Origin: Escherichia phage vB_EcoM_G4507 | Direction: 5' to 3' (one strand) | Sequence record: NC_054919.1 | Length of the DNA stretch: 64,000 bases | In this document: one piece after another, positions 20,537 through 30,535 of the stretch | Numbering within the stretch: position 1 is the first letter of the stretch | Layout: the number at the start of each line of letters is the position of its first letter | Translations under genes and position numbers: made by a program | Notes under the pieces: model-generated | What the model saw: the letters and a program-made list of their open reading frames with translations, nothing else | Database searches by the model: none | What the model was told of the DNA's origin: nothing

Positions 20537-21996
20537 AAACCAGTTACCTCATGAAAATCACCAAATACATCCTCGAATGTATTAGCTTTAGTTTTATCTT
20601 CACGCAAACGAATCGCAATCGGAAGAAATAATTTAACGTAATCAGTGCGGCCATCAGATTTTAACCAACCGTTGCATTCGCACTCTAGAATTTTTCCAAT
20701 ATAATAATTTTGGTTTTCCATAATGCGAGTACGGTCAAGTTCATGCGATTTTACACCGGCTTTATCTTTTAAGCCTGAACCAGCATTTACTTTAATTTTT
20801 CCACACTCTGACTCAAGAATAAATCCACCTGCTTTAGTAGGGTCTTTACGGTGAGGATAAATTCCTACAATTTTTAAATCAACATCAATTACTTCTTTAA
20901 ATTTATAGAGATTTTTTGAACGAGCATTTTCCCATAATCCATCGATATTTTTGAGAATAATACCTTCAAGACCTTGGTCAATATACTTTTTATAAATTAT
21001 CTTGGCTTCGTCTAGGTTATTTACTACCTGGTTTTCAATTAAAATTACTTTATCATAGCCTGATGTCATTTGTTCTAGTTTAGAAAAACGTACATCATAT
21101 TTCAAACGAAATGCAGGAAGACCGTATATTTCTACCAACGGTACATAATCCCAGACCTGAAACTTCATGCATTGTGCTTCTTTTTCAGAAATGGTTCCCT
21201 TTAAAGATTTATTGGCGATGCCATTAGATGCAGTACGTGATTCAGCTACTTCGGCGAATTCTTTAGCTTTACTGTTTTCAGGATAAGCATCAAAAAGAAA
21301 ATCTAGGCCTTCTGGCTCCTTTTTAACTTGCTCATGATATACCAATTCGCCATCAATTAACACGCCTTCTGGATGAATCTGGCGGGCTTCAGCGGTCATT
21401 TTGATTAATTCTTCCTTAAGAAGATCTAATCCTAGATATTCATTACCAGCTCGTGATAAAAGACGAACGTCATCTAATTCATCACCTCTGACTTCGGCAA
21501 AGCACCGAGCTCCATCAGCTTTTAACTGGGCAAAGGCTGGAAATTTGATATTCTTATTAATGCCTTTTTCATCATAAGAACTTGCAAGCATTTGAGGTTG
21601 TTCAGGAATTAAACCTGGCCAAACTTTGTTCGCAATAGATACTGAAGCGCCACATTCAAGGTCTCGCATCATCACTCGACGCAAAACTTCAACATCATCT
21701 TTTTTACCGTCAGTAATATAACCTACTAATTCCTCAATTGCCGCATTTCCGGTCAATTTTCGAGTAGCTAATGTAAATTCAATGAAGTCAAGCATATCAG
21801 TAATAGTCAGCATTCCAAAACTCTGGGTAGCAATACCAGGTTTAGGCCATTTCTTGATATAATACTGTAACCCACGAGAATAAGTCAGACGATATACTCG
21901 TTTAAGCAATTCATTATCTTTATTCTTTTCAAGAATTGCTTGCTTCTGCTTAGTTGAACCAATAGATGCTATTTCGTTCAGAATTTTAAGAATCAT
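20533..21996 (-). CDS. 30: ATP-dependent DNA ligase gp30
   Basis: 487 aa, same length as T4 ligase; adenylation motif AQLKADGARCF (KxDG). Confidence 0.95.
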   Translation of the reverse strand: MILKILNEIASIGSTKQKQAILEKNKDNELLKRVYRLTYSRGLQYYIKKWPKPGIATQSFGMLTITDMLDFIEFTLATRKLTGNAAIEELVGYITDGKKDDVEVLRRVMMRDLECGASVSIANKVWPGLIPEQPQMLASSYDEKGINKNIKFPAFAQLKADGARCFAEVRGDELDDVRLLSRAGNEYLGLDLLKEELIKMTAEARQIHPEGVLIDGELVYHEQVKKEPEGLDFLFDAYPENSKAKEFAEVAESRTASNGIANKSLKGTISEKEAQCMKFQVWDYVPLVEIYGLPAFRLKYDVRFSKLEQMTSGYDKVILIENQVVNNLDEAKIIYKKYIDQGLEGIILKNIDGLWENARSKNLYKFKEVIDVDLKIVGIYPHRKDPTKAGGFILESECGKIKVNAGSGLKDKAGVKSHELDRTRIMENQNYYIGKILECECNGWLKSDGRTDYVKLFLPIAIRLREDKTKANTFEDVFGDFHEVTGL

Positions 21997-22262
21997 TGTT
22001 CATCCTTTAGAGTTTGGTTTACAGCTCTATTATAAATCAATTCATCATTAAGCTCAGTCAAAGACCTGTGGTACGTTGTTCTAACTTTATTTCCTTGCAT
22101 CCAGTGCTTGACGTAAATGAAACCTTGCTCTACACATTTTTTAAAAATTCGTTCGTCTTTTTGAGCTCGGAATTCTGGATTGCATCTAAAAAATTGATTT
22201 ACGTGACCGTAATCACGTGTAGTATTACCTTCATTTTCATAAATAGTGTGAACAACAAACAT
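21993..22262 (-). CDS. Hypothetical protein (30.1 position)
   Basis: 89-aa ORF coupled to the ligase start. Confidence 0.6.
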   Translation of the reverse strand: MFVVHTIYENEGNTTRDYGHVNQFFRCNPEFRAQKDERIFKKCVEQGFIYVKHWMQGNKVRTTYHRSLTELNDELIYNRAVNQTLKDEQ

Positions 22263-23101
22263 TAGAATGCTCCTTGGAAAATATTATTAGCACCAGTAGG
22301 TCTATTATACAAATACTCTATGCCACCGGGTTTAATATAGTTCCATGTCTGAAACGGATGCGTCTGATATGGATGATATAGATGATTATAAGGATTAAAT
22401 CCAGGAGTTCTCCAGGTAGTGTTCCAAGGAAAAGAATCGTTTTTAATCATCTTTTCAATTACATCTTTTATAGCTTTTTCACTATCAAAACTTTCTTTAT
22501 TTTCCTTCGGTGAAAAAAGCTTATTTTCTACATCATTCCATGTATAAACTCGCTGAGCAGTTTTTGGAATATTGTCACGCTCTCCTCGAGCCATCCAATA
22601 AACAGGAACATTTAATATTTCACTCGCATGATCGCAATGGTGAGCGAGATCGTCAATATAACAAATCACGTTATATTTCTCTTTTGCCTTTTTAAACAAC
22701 TCTTCTTTTGAAGAATCATGACCACACATCAGTACTTCTGAGAAGGCACCAGGAAAAAGAGCGTTCAAATTAAATTGACGATTCAGCAGAGCGTCAATAG
22801 AATCACCCAATGCTGTAACAGCTACAAAATTATAATCTTCTTTTAATTTGTTAATTACACACAGAGCATCTTTATATGGAGACAAGTAACGAATAAAATC
22901 TGAACGATTGTATTTTTCAATTAGCTTGACGCCAAGTTCTTCATCACAATTAAAAAGTTTACCTGGAGAAATAAATTTCTCATCTTGGATCATTTTTAAA
23001 ATATGTTCTAATGGAAGATTATATTTCTGAGCAAAATAAGGAAGACCTGATTGCCAGCTTAAACATACTCCATCAATATCAGTTAAAATAGTAGGCTTCA
23101 T
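22262..23101 (-). CDS. HAD-superfamily hydrolase-like protein (30.2 position)
   Basis: 279 aa; N-terminal ILTDIDGV is HAD motif I (DxDGx); later CYIDD fits motif IV. Confidence 0.65.
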   Translation of the reverse strand: MKPTILTDIDGVCLSWQSGLPYFAQKYNLPLEHILKMIQDEKFISPGKLFNCDEELGVKLIEKYNRSDFIRYLSPYKDALCVINKLKEDYNFVAVTALGDSIDALLNRQFNLNALFPGAFSEVLMCGHDSSKEELFKKAKEKYNVICYIDDLAHHCDHASEILNVPVYWMARGERDNIPKTAQRVYTWNDVENKLFSPKENKESFDSEKAIKDVIEKMIKNDSFPWNTTWRTPGFNPYNHLYHPYQTHPFQTWNYIKPGGIEYLYNRPTGANNIFQGAF

Positions 23102-23562
23102 AGAGAGTCTCTTAATAGGTTTAACACATCAATAAATTCAGCTTCGGTTAGTATTGTATCATCTTTTGTTAGACCACTAGCCATGCTGTGCTTCAAAACT
23201 TTTCCTTTCGAGGCTTGTAATGCATCACGAAAGCCCTTGTTTTGAATCGCTGCTTCAAAATATGCATTTGTGTATAATTCTTTCCACGCCGGGGAGTATC
23301 TTGAAAACGGAACTCCAATCCAGAAGAGGGTCCCACGGTCCTGAGCTCTAGCATAAGACCTTCCAGCTTGTTGGGCGGCAAGCCCGGATAACCCAAATAT
23401 ACGACGTTGTTGTTCAACATTTTTCACCTTACACCCTTGGAGGAATCCTTCAAGACCTCCAAATTGAATACCATCCATAACGAAAGGCCATTGGGCGAAA
23501 TTACTTAATGCGCATGATGGCCATCTAAAATTACTTCTAATCTCTAACTCAGACATTTTCAA
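23098..23562 (-). CDS. NADAR/YbiA-like (DUF1768) protein, putative ADP-ribose or N-glycoside hydrolase (30.3 position)
   Basis: 154 aa; WPSCALSNFAQWPFVMDGIQFGGLEGFLQGCK parallels E. coli YbiA GDFSNFAAWPIKVDGKTWPTSEHYFQAQK (recalled from memory). Confidence 0.55.
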   Translation of the reverse strand: MKMSELEIRSNFRWPSCALSNFAQWPFVMDGIQFGGLEGFLQGCKVKNVEQQRRIFGLSGLAAQQAGRSYARAQDRGTLFWIGVPFSRYSPAWKELYTNAYFEAAIQNKGFRDALQASKGKVLKHSMASGLTKDDTILTEAEFIDVLNLLRDSL

Positions 23563-23755
23563 TGCTTATAATTTCAACATCAGCCCAATGACCATAGCAA
23601 GGAAGACGAAATTCAACTGGCCAGTTAGGGTCCTTTTCTAATATAATAGACTTAACTTGTGGTTCTTCGTGTTCATCAGTATACGGATTTTTATCTGTTA
23701 CTTTATATGTGACCTTAATGTACTGAATTCCAAAAATCTTATTAATTATATTCAT
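23549..23755 (-). CDS. Hypothetical protein
   Basis: 68-aa ORF in a translationally coupled chain. Confidence 0.5.
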   Translation of the reverse strand: MNIINKIFGIQYIKVTYKVTDKNPYTDEHEEPQVKSIILEKDPNWPVEFRLPCYGHWADVEIISIENV

Positions 23756-23949
23756 ACTAATTCCTTTAATCCGTAGATAGGAGATAATTCATCACCCATA
23801 CGAAGGTCTTCATTTCCATCTACCCAGGAAACAATATAAGCCTCTTTTATTTGAATACCACTCCATTTAAATGGAGGTAGAACCTTAGAAATTAATCCAG
23901 GTATACCAACTCCCTTTAATTCAACGGTTTGACCTAAAAAGAATTTCAT
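23752..23949 (-). CDS. Hypothetical protein
   Basis: 65-aa ORF, coupled. Confidence 0.5.
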   Translation of the reverse strand: MKFFLGQTVELKGVGIPGLISKVLPPFKWSGIQIKEAYIVSWVDGNEDLRMGDELSPIYGLKELV

Positions 23950-24236
23950 TAAAACCTCATCTGAAAACCATGCGATTTAACGTTACCACCGCCAATATCA
24001 GAAATATTAATTTCACGCGCAATTGAAGGGTCAATGTCAATTTCACGATTGAGTTTAGTGATAGCTAAAGTATCGCGCCCATTTACAGTACGGAACTCTA
24101 AAGGACAAACCACATCAACGTAGTTTTTAATCGATTCGCTAGTAGGTTGCAAATGTGCAGGAAGGTCTTTAGGCGACTTTGAGAAAACTACTTCGCAGAA
24201 GTTTTTACGGGTATCAAAATAAGTAGTCATAAACAT
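23949..24236 (-). CDS. Hypothetical protein
   Basis: 95-aa ORF, coupled; terminator hairpin upstream. Confidence 0.5.
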   Translation of the reverse strand: MFMTTYFDTRKNFCEVVFSKSPKDLPAHLQPTSESIKNYVDVVCPLEFRTVNGRDTLAITKLNREIDIDPSIAREINISDIGGGNVKSHGFQMRF

Positions 24237-24253
24237 AACATTTTCCTCAGTAA

Positions 24254-24267
24254 GGGGCCAAAGCCCC
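24254..24267. terminator. Hairpin ggggcc-aa-agcccc
   Basis: GC inverted repeat in the intergenic region. Confidence 0.45.
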
Positions 24268-24277
24268 TCATTTTATT

Positions 24278-24655
24278 TTAAATATCAAATTCGTTAAGAA
24301 CTACATCAAAGATTGCTTCAAGATGCTCAGGTTTAGCTCTGTTACTCAGAATATGACGAATCCAAGTTTTAACCAAAAGCTTGCGATTAGCACCATTCCA
24401 GCAAGGATGAGTCCCTAAATCACGTTGACGAAAATCATCATCCAGAGCGATTTTGAAGTTTGAACCTTCCATTGTGATTGAAACCGTGATGCCATTTTCA
24501 AATCGCATATAAACGTAATTAGGAGTCATATACTGTTCAATTTCGCATACTGATCCATTTTGATGTTTCCAAAGGCAAATAGTATCAATAGAACCTGCAA
24601 TACAATTAGAAACATATTTACGTTCAAAATTGGTGTAGTTCATTTTATTCTCCAA
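24278..24655 (-). CDS. Hypothetical protein
   Basis: 125-aa ORF with its own early promoter. Confidence 0.55.
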   Translation of the reverse strand: MENKMNYTNFERKYVSNCIAGSIDTICLWKHQNGSVCEIEQYMTPNYVYMRFENGITVSITMEGSNFKIALDDDFRQRDLGTHPCWNGANRKLLVKTWIRHILSNRAKPEHLEAIFDVVLNEFDI

Positions 24656-24671
24656 GATGTTTAATTGCGGT

Positions 24672-24708
24672 ACAGGTATATAATATCATATCCTGTACCA
24701 AAGTAAAC
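24672..24708 (-). promoter_or_regulatory. Early promoter (GTTTAC -35, TA-rich -10) overlapping a ggtacagg/cctgtacc hairpin
   Basis: Minus strand GTTTAC followed at about 18 nt by TATTAT/TATATA; coordinates approximate. Confidence 0.45.
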
Positions 24709-24710
24709 AA

Positions 24711-25043
24711 TTATTTTACTACTTTCCAATGCTGCATGTCAAGTTTACCAACTTTTTTCATCTTCTCAATTAAGCGTTCTGCACGTTGGCGAGCTGTAAC
24801 ATAATGCCATTCGCCTAATTCATTTTGTTCAATTTTTCCAACGATTACTGTATTCAATTCATAAATCCAACCAGTAAAGAAATTATGAACTTGAATTGTA
24901 AAGGTGAAATCTGTTCCCATACCTTCTGTTGTTTCTACTTCAATAATATCACCTTCAACTGCCATTAAGAACCACATAGTTTCATCATATTTACCATTGA
25001 AGCATTTAGTTTTAACTGTAGCGTTCAGATTAATCGTTTTCAT
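24711..25043 (-). CDS. Hypothetical protein
   Basis: 110-aa ORF with upstream early promoter and AAGGAG Shine-Dalgarno. Confidence 0.55.
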   Translation of the reverse strand: MKTINLNATVKTKCFNGKYDETMWFLMAVEGDIIEVETTEGMGTDFTFTIQVHNFFTGWIYELNTVIVGKIEQNELGEWHYVTARQRAERLIEKMKKVGKLDMQHWKVVK

Positions 25044-25059
25044 TTTATTCTCCTTTGTT

Positions 25060-25099
25060 TATGTAAGATAATACTATCACAAAGGAACTATACTGTAAA
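25060..25099 (-). promoter_or_regulatory. Early promoter GTTTAC, 18 nt, TAGTAT
   Basis: Minus strand GTTTACAGTATAGTTCCTTTGTGATAGTAT; coordinates approximate. Confidence 0.45.
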
Positions 25100-25128
25100 C
25101 AACTTTATGCAATCTTTGGAAAATAAAA

Positions 25129-25148
25129 AAGGACTCCCGAAGGAGTCC
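25129..25148. terminator. Hairpin aggactcc-cgaa-ggagtcct
   Basis: 8-bp stem, tetraloop, A-run upstream. Confidence 0.55.
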
Positions 25149-25153
25149 TCAAC

Positions 25154-25330
25154 TTATGCTTTCTGCTTACCAAAACGAGAAGCATCATCTCGAAGAACCG
25201 CACGTGCTCGGCGCATGATCTTCTCAACAGTTTGATTGATACGAGAGTTCGACCCACGCTTGTAGCCAGCGCGTTTAGAATCACCAACTTTCTTTTCAAC
25301 TGCTTTCTTTGCTTTAACTTGTTTTGCCAT
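25154..25330 (-). CDS. Small highly basic protein (30.9 position), possible nucleic-acid binder
   Basis: 58 aa from the internal ATG with upstream AAGAG; MAKQVKAKKAVEKKVGDSKRAGYKRGSNSR is Lys/Arg-rich. Confidence 0.5.
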   Translation of the reverse strand: MAKQVKAKKAVEKKVGDSKRAGYKRGSNSRINQTVEKIMRRARAVLRDDASRFGKQKA

Positions 25331-25574
25331 TATAAATTCTCTTTTAAATGAAAATGCAGGACTTATTGGCATTGCCTGCGAAAGCCCTCAAAGGGGTACT
25401 TAGGTTTTGAATATTTACCGACAGGATAACCATAAACCCGTCATCATTCACATTCAAGAGGTACACCATAAAACTGCCGGGGTCTTAAAACTATAATGAT
25501 TCGCAAATCATTAATCAGACAGTTCGATGGCTCCTCGATTTTAGCTCACACTAAGGCAGTGAATCTCCAATAAA

Positions 25575-25823
25575 TTACTTCAGTGTTACCACAAAGTGAC
25601 GAACTGCTTTTCGTGCAGCAGAAGCCAGAGGCTTAGCATACTTAAGTTCATCTTTTTCCTGAAGCTCAGCGGCTAATGCAGTTTGAGCAGGATTTAGATG
25701 TTTGAAATAACGCAGGATTTCAAGAGCTTCGGCTTCAACATCAATAGATGCGCCATAGTTTTCGTGACCATTATTCCATGCGTTTCGTTGCAGTTCAAGA
25801 GCGTGTTGTAATTGTTTAATCAT
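25575..25823 (-). CDS. rIII: rIII lysis-inhibition accessory protein
   Basis: 82 aa, same length as T4 RIII; lies immediately before gene 31 as in T4. Confidence 0.85.
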   Translation of the reverse strand: MIKQLQHALELQRNAWNNGHENYGASIDVEAEALEILRYFKHLNPAQTALAAELQEKDELKYAKPLASAARKAVRHFVVTLK

Positions 25824-25962
25824 TTAAAAATTCTCGTTAGAGATTAAAACTCGGTAGTCACGTTCTTCTGAATTTCATCTTCTTTCGACAGATCTCTCAG
25901 TTGTAGACTACCACATAGAATTGTTCGGTTAACTTATTATTCCGACACCCAATTCATATTAT

Positions 25963-25970
25963 TATTTATA
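25963..25970 (-). promoter_or_regulatory. Late promoter TATAAATA upstream of rIII
   Basis: Plus-strand tatttata, i.e. TATAAATA on the coding strand. Confidence 0.45.
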
Positions 25971-26306
25971 TCACTTATAAAGACATGGAATAGCTTTATA
26001 GTGACAAGTAACGAATTTTTGTTTAATTTCTTTTGGCTGCTTAAGACCCAGAGCTACAAAAGGATGCGGAACGTTTCGAATTTGACCAACTGGAAGAGAA
26101 GTCAAATCACCAACTTCGCAGAAACCTTCAGGAACATCAGGACCAACAGAGTGAACTACACACAATTCAGGAACTTCACCTTGAACACGTTTACCGATAA
26201 TAAGCCCTGATTCTGTGACTTCTTCATCGCCAGCTTGTGCAGGTTCAGAAACTAAAATAACATATTCACCGACAGCACGAATTGGTAGCTGTTGTACTTC
26301 AGACAT
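25971..26306 (-). CDS. 31: Co-chaperonin gp31 (GroES functional analogue required for gp23 folding)
   Basis: 111 aa, same length as T4 gp31; [55 protein letters not shown]. Confidence 0.9.
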
Positions 26307-26362
26307 CGTTTTTCCTTTTTGTTAATAGATGAATTAATAATAACAAATAATTCTTAAAGCAT

Positions 26363-26671
26363 TTATTTACCAATAAATTGGAGCAAATGCTCAACTTTCA
26401 TACCATTAACGGAAATCAATTTGTCAATAGAAAAACCTCGCCATGCGCCAAGTTCAACATCAAATACTGGAATCATGTCAGTAGATTCTTTCCGAGTAGA
26501 TTCAGTCAATTTACCAGTTTGCATGGTTGGCATAAAGTCTGCATCACGAGTACCTTTCATAGTACGAATAGTACCATCAGACTTTTCAAAAACTACGTTT
26601 GAAACACCCATGGACAATTTAGTTTTCAAAATTTCGCGAATTGCTACTTTCTGCTCAGTTGTCAGTTTCAT
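26363..26671 (-). CDS. Hypothetical protein (31.1 position)
   Basis: 102-aa ORF. Confidence 0.6.
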   Translation of the reverse strand: MKLTTEQKVAIREILKTKLSMGVSNVVFEKSDGTIRTMKGTRDADFMPTMQTGKLTESTRKESTDMIPVFDVELGAWRGFSIDKLISVNGMKVEHLLQFIGK

Positions 26672-26908
26672 TTATTTACCTATTACAGTTTTAATATGAG
26701 TTGTTCCACGTTCTTTAAGGGTGGAAAGTAATTTTTGGCATTTTTCTAAATCAGATTTCCAACTATATGGTCTATCAATACAAACCCAATTTGTCTTATA
26801 ATACTGTTTCCATTTAGAGAAAAAATATTTCTTATACTCTACAGCAAACGAGATGTTCTCATTAGAATAAGAACTAATTGCTGTGAGCTTTACCAAACGA
26901 AATTTCAT
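26672..26908 (-). CDS. Hypothetical protein (31.2 position)
   Basis: 78-aa ORF coupled to cd. Confidence 0.55.
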   Translation of the reverse strand: MKFRLVKLTAISSYSNENISFAVEYKKYFFSKWKQYYKTNWVCIDRPYSWKSDLEKCQKLLSTLKERGTTHIKTVIGK

Positions 26909-27489
26909 TATTCACCACAGAATTCGTTGATATTTTCCCAGTTTAACTTATTCAAGTTTTTCTTAGGAACATTAAACACTTCAATACCTGCATTTCGCAG
27001 AATATCATCCCAGCCAGGTTTATTTTTATCGTATGTTTCGCAATAAACCAGCTTTTTAATACCAGATTGAGCTATTGCTTTTGCACAATCTGGACAGGGA
27101 GAAAGTGTTACATACATAGTAGCACCTTCAATAGAAGAACCATTTCGTGCAGCAAACAAAATTGCATTTAGTTCAGCATGAATTTCATTTTTAGATGACC
27201 ATTCCGAGTGAGCACTACGATGTTCTTTTGCCAAGACAAAACGATCAGTTGAACCAAATGATACGCATTCGGGCTTATGGCCTTGAATGATAGTATGTTT
27301 AGGCTTATTCAACAACCATCCTTGCTCAGCAGCATAATCACAACAGTTCACACCCCCTGCGGGTGAACCATTATACCCAGTAGAAATAATACGTCCATTC
27401 TTTTCAATTACTGCTCCTACCTTCCAGGAGCAACATTTTGATTCTTGTGATACTAAATATGCAATTTGAAGTACTGTACTCGCTTTCAT
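26908..27489 (-). CDS. cd: dCMP deaminase
   Basis: 193 aa, same length as T4 Cd; zinc-dependent CDA motifs HAELNAI and LSPCPDCAKAI. Confidence 0.9.
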   Translation of the reverse strand: MKASTVLQIAYLVSQESKCCSWKVGAVIEKNGRIISTGYNGSPAGGVNCCDYAAEQGWLLNKPKHTIIQGHKPECVSFGSTDRFVLAKEHRSAHSEWSSKNEIHAELNAILFAARNGSSIEGATMYVTLSPCPDCAKAIAQSGIKKLVYCETYDKNKPGWDDILRNAGIEVFNVPKKNLNKLNWENINEFCGE

Positions 27490-27824
27490 TTCATAATCAC
27501 CAGATAAGCAGATTTAGCAGTTTCAACACGATAAATTTCGTGACGAAGTTTAGTTATACTTTTAATAACAGAACTAATTATATTCTGCCCATCTTTAAAG
27601 CGGTTTTTCTTGTCAATAAAAATTGCACCAACCATCTTTTTGTGAAGCTCAACTGGATACTTCGTCACAATAATAGCATCATATACAGAAGGATGAATAC
27701 TATTTACTAGAGTGTCATTCATTAAAGTTATTCTAATGAACTGTGCTGTTTCAGAGTCAAGCGCTCTATGATCGCCAGTATCATTTTCAAGACAATTATC
27801 AATTATATCAGTTAAATTCATCAT
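27486..27824 (-). CDS. Hypothetical protein (cd.1 position)
   Basis: 112-aa ORF coupled to cd. Confidence 0.55.
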   Translation of the reverse strand: MMNLTDIIDNCLENDTGDHRALDSETAQFIRITLMNDTLVNSIHPSVYDAIIVTKYPVELHKKMVGAIFIDKKNRFKDGQNIISSVIKSITKLRHEIYRVETAKSAYLVIMK

Positions 27825-28060
27825 AGTACGCCATACACCCTTTGTGCTTCAACTAATCCATCAAAATCCAGTTTAAGATGCGATATTTGATCGCCATCGC
27901 CTGGATTCACAATTACTAATACTGAACGAGGAGTTTCGGTAATAACACGAACCGATGTTTCAGGAAATCGTTCAGAAACCTTATTTACCAATTCCTGAGC
28001 AAATAGTTTAACTTTTTCTTGGAATTCTTTAACAGTAATTGGTTTTTCACTTAGCAGCAT
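27821..28060 (-). CDS. Hypothetical protein (cd.2 position)
   Basis: 80 aa from the internal ATG with GAGGAAAACAAA Shine-Dalgarno; ORF-track start lies inside the promoter. Confidence 0.5.
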   Translation of the reverse strand: MLLSEKPITVKEFQEKVKLFAQELVNKVSERFPETSVRVITETPRSVLVIVNPGDGDQISHLKLDFDGLVEAQRVYGVL

Positions 28061-28079
28061 TTTGTTTTCCTCATTTGTT

Positions 28080-28119
28080 TGGTAGAGCCATAATATCACA
28101 ACTCTACCGTAAAGTAAAC
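28080..28119 (-). promoter_or_regulatory. Early promoter GTTTAC, 18 nt, TATTAT
   Basis: Minus strand GTTTACTTTACGGTAGAGTTGTGATATTAT; coordinates approximate. Confidence 0.45.
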
Positions 28120-28121
28120 TA

Positions 28122-28397
28122 TTAAATCGCTTTGAATTCCGCAGTTTGAGATTCAAAGCGAATGTCGCCTTTGATAACTAGCTCAGCATCAAGACCAAAT
28201 ACGACAATGATATGCGCGGAACCTGGATACAGCGTAATGGCAACAGAATCCACCTGGTCTGGAAGCAAAGTGTTTAATACATGAGTCACTTGAGCATGGA
28301 TTCGAAGTTCGGCTGCGTTATCAAGCTTTTCAAACATATTATTAGCGATAATTTGGCTAAACACTACTTCTACGATTTTAGAGTAAGTCGGAAACAT
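28122..28397 (-). CDS. Hypothetical protein (cd.3 position)
   Basis: 91-aa ORF. Confidence 0.55.
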   Translation of the reverse strand: MFPTYSKIVEVVFSQIIANNMFEKLDNAAELRIHAQVTHVLNTLLPDQVDSVAITLYPGSAHIIVVFGLDAELVIKGDIRFESQTAEFKAI

Positions 28398-28399
28398 AT

Positions 28400-28600
28400 T
28401 TACCTCACATAATTTTCTTCAAGCCAATCAATAACATCCAACGCATTATCAAAAGTTGAACCATCTACTCTGTCTTCTGTTTCATAATCAAGAACATCTA
28501 AGCCTACTCTTCCATCAACAATAGGCCATAAACAAAATAGATATTTCTTTTCTTTTTCAATTTTATCACAAAGACGATAAATCTTTTCTATGTTATTCAT
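28400..28600 (-). CDS. Hypothetical protein (cd.4 position)
   Basis: 66-aa ORF. Confidence 0.5.
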   Translation of the reverse strand: MNNIEKIYRLCDKIEKEKKYLFCLWPIVDGRVGLDVLDYETEDRVDGSTFDNALDVIDWLEENYVR

Positions 28601-28789
28601 AAGTTTTCCATGGTAAAGGCAGTTTAGTTTTCTTTACTGTTAGTTCAACATCAGGATTCTTTTCTCTTAATTTAAGGCATTCCTCCCAAGCTCTGATTTC
28701 ACTAGTGAATACACAAAATTGCCCATTACTAGTACCGACTAAACCACTATTTACAATAATAATAGCCCAAGTTTCATGGTGCAAAGCCA

Positions 28790-28790
<1 letters not shown>
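28593..28790 (-). CDS. Hypothetical protein (cd.5 position)
   Basis: 65-aa ORF coupled to pseT. Confidence 0.5.
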
Positions 28791-30008
<1,218 letters not shown>

Positions 30009-30012
<4 letters not shown>

Positions 30013-30239
30013 TTATTTTTCTCAACCAATGATTGAATATAATCATGCAGGTCTTTAGATGCTTTACCCCACTTATTTTGATATTCATTTTTGAGATTAG
30101 CACGTGATTGAGCTAATAAAACATCATTAGTTGGAGGTAAAGATTCTAATCGCTGAATCTGGCGTCCATAAATCATTGCAGCCATCTCGGATTCATAAAT
30201 CAATCCTTTGAGATGTTCAAATTGATGCCATGAAATCAT
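30009..30239 (-). CDS. Hypothetical protein
   Basis: 76-aa ORF coupled to neighbours. Confidence 0.5.
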
Positions 30240-30535
30240 TTACATTTATCCTCTTTTAACTCTTGACGATAATAACATATCATAGTTTTCTGGTCATGTA
30301 CATATCGTTTTACATCATTAAGCCAAATACGAAATTCCTGGGAATCTTCAAATGGCATACCGACCCAAGCTTTACCATCAATAACTTTAACTTGCCAAGA
30401 TAATTTAGCTTCGTCATATGACTTTATTTGTACAGGCCAATTAGGATGAATTGTTTCTTTCTTTACTTCTAGAGGCTTTGTCGAACAACCAACTAGAAGA
30501 CCAATAGATAATATTACTGCTGATAGTTTAATCAT
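30236..30535 (-). CDS. Outer-membrane lipoprotein, o-spanin (Rz1 equivalent)
   Basis: 99 aa; signal peptide plus lipobox MIKLSAVILSIGLLVGC; overlaps the i-spanin stop. Confidence 0.7.
   Translation of the reverse strand: MIKLSAVILSIGLLVGCSTKPLEVKKETIHPNWPVQIKSYDEAKLSWQVKVIDGKAWVGMPFEDSQEFRIWLNDVKRYVHDQKTMICYYRQELKEDKCK

Noticed and set aside
23193-23420. 75-aa ORF in an alternative frame within the NADAR-like gene
   Set aside because: Fully nested on the same strand in another frame; the longer ORF has the conserved motif.
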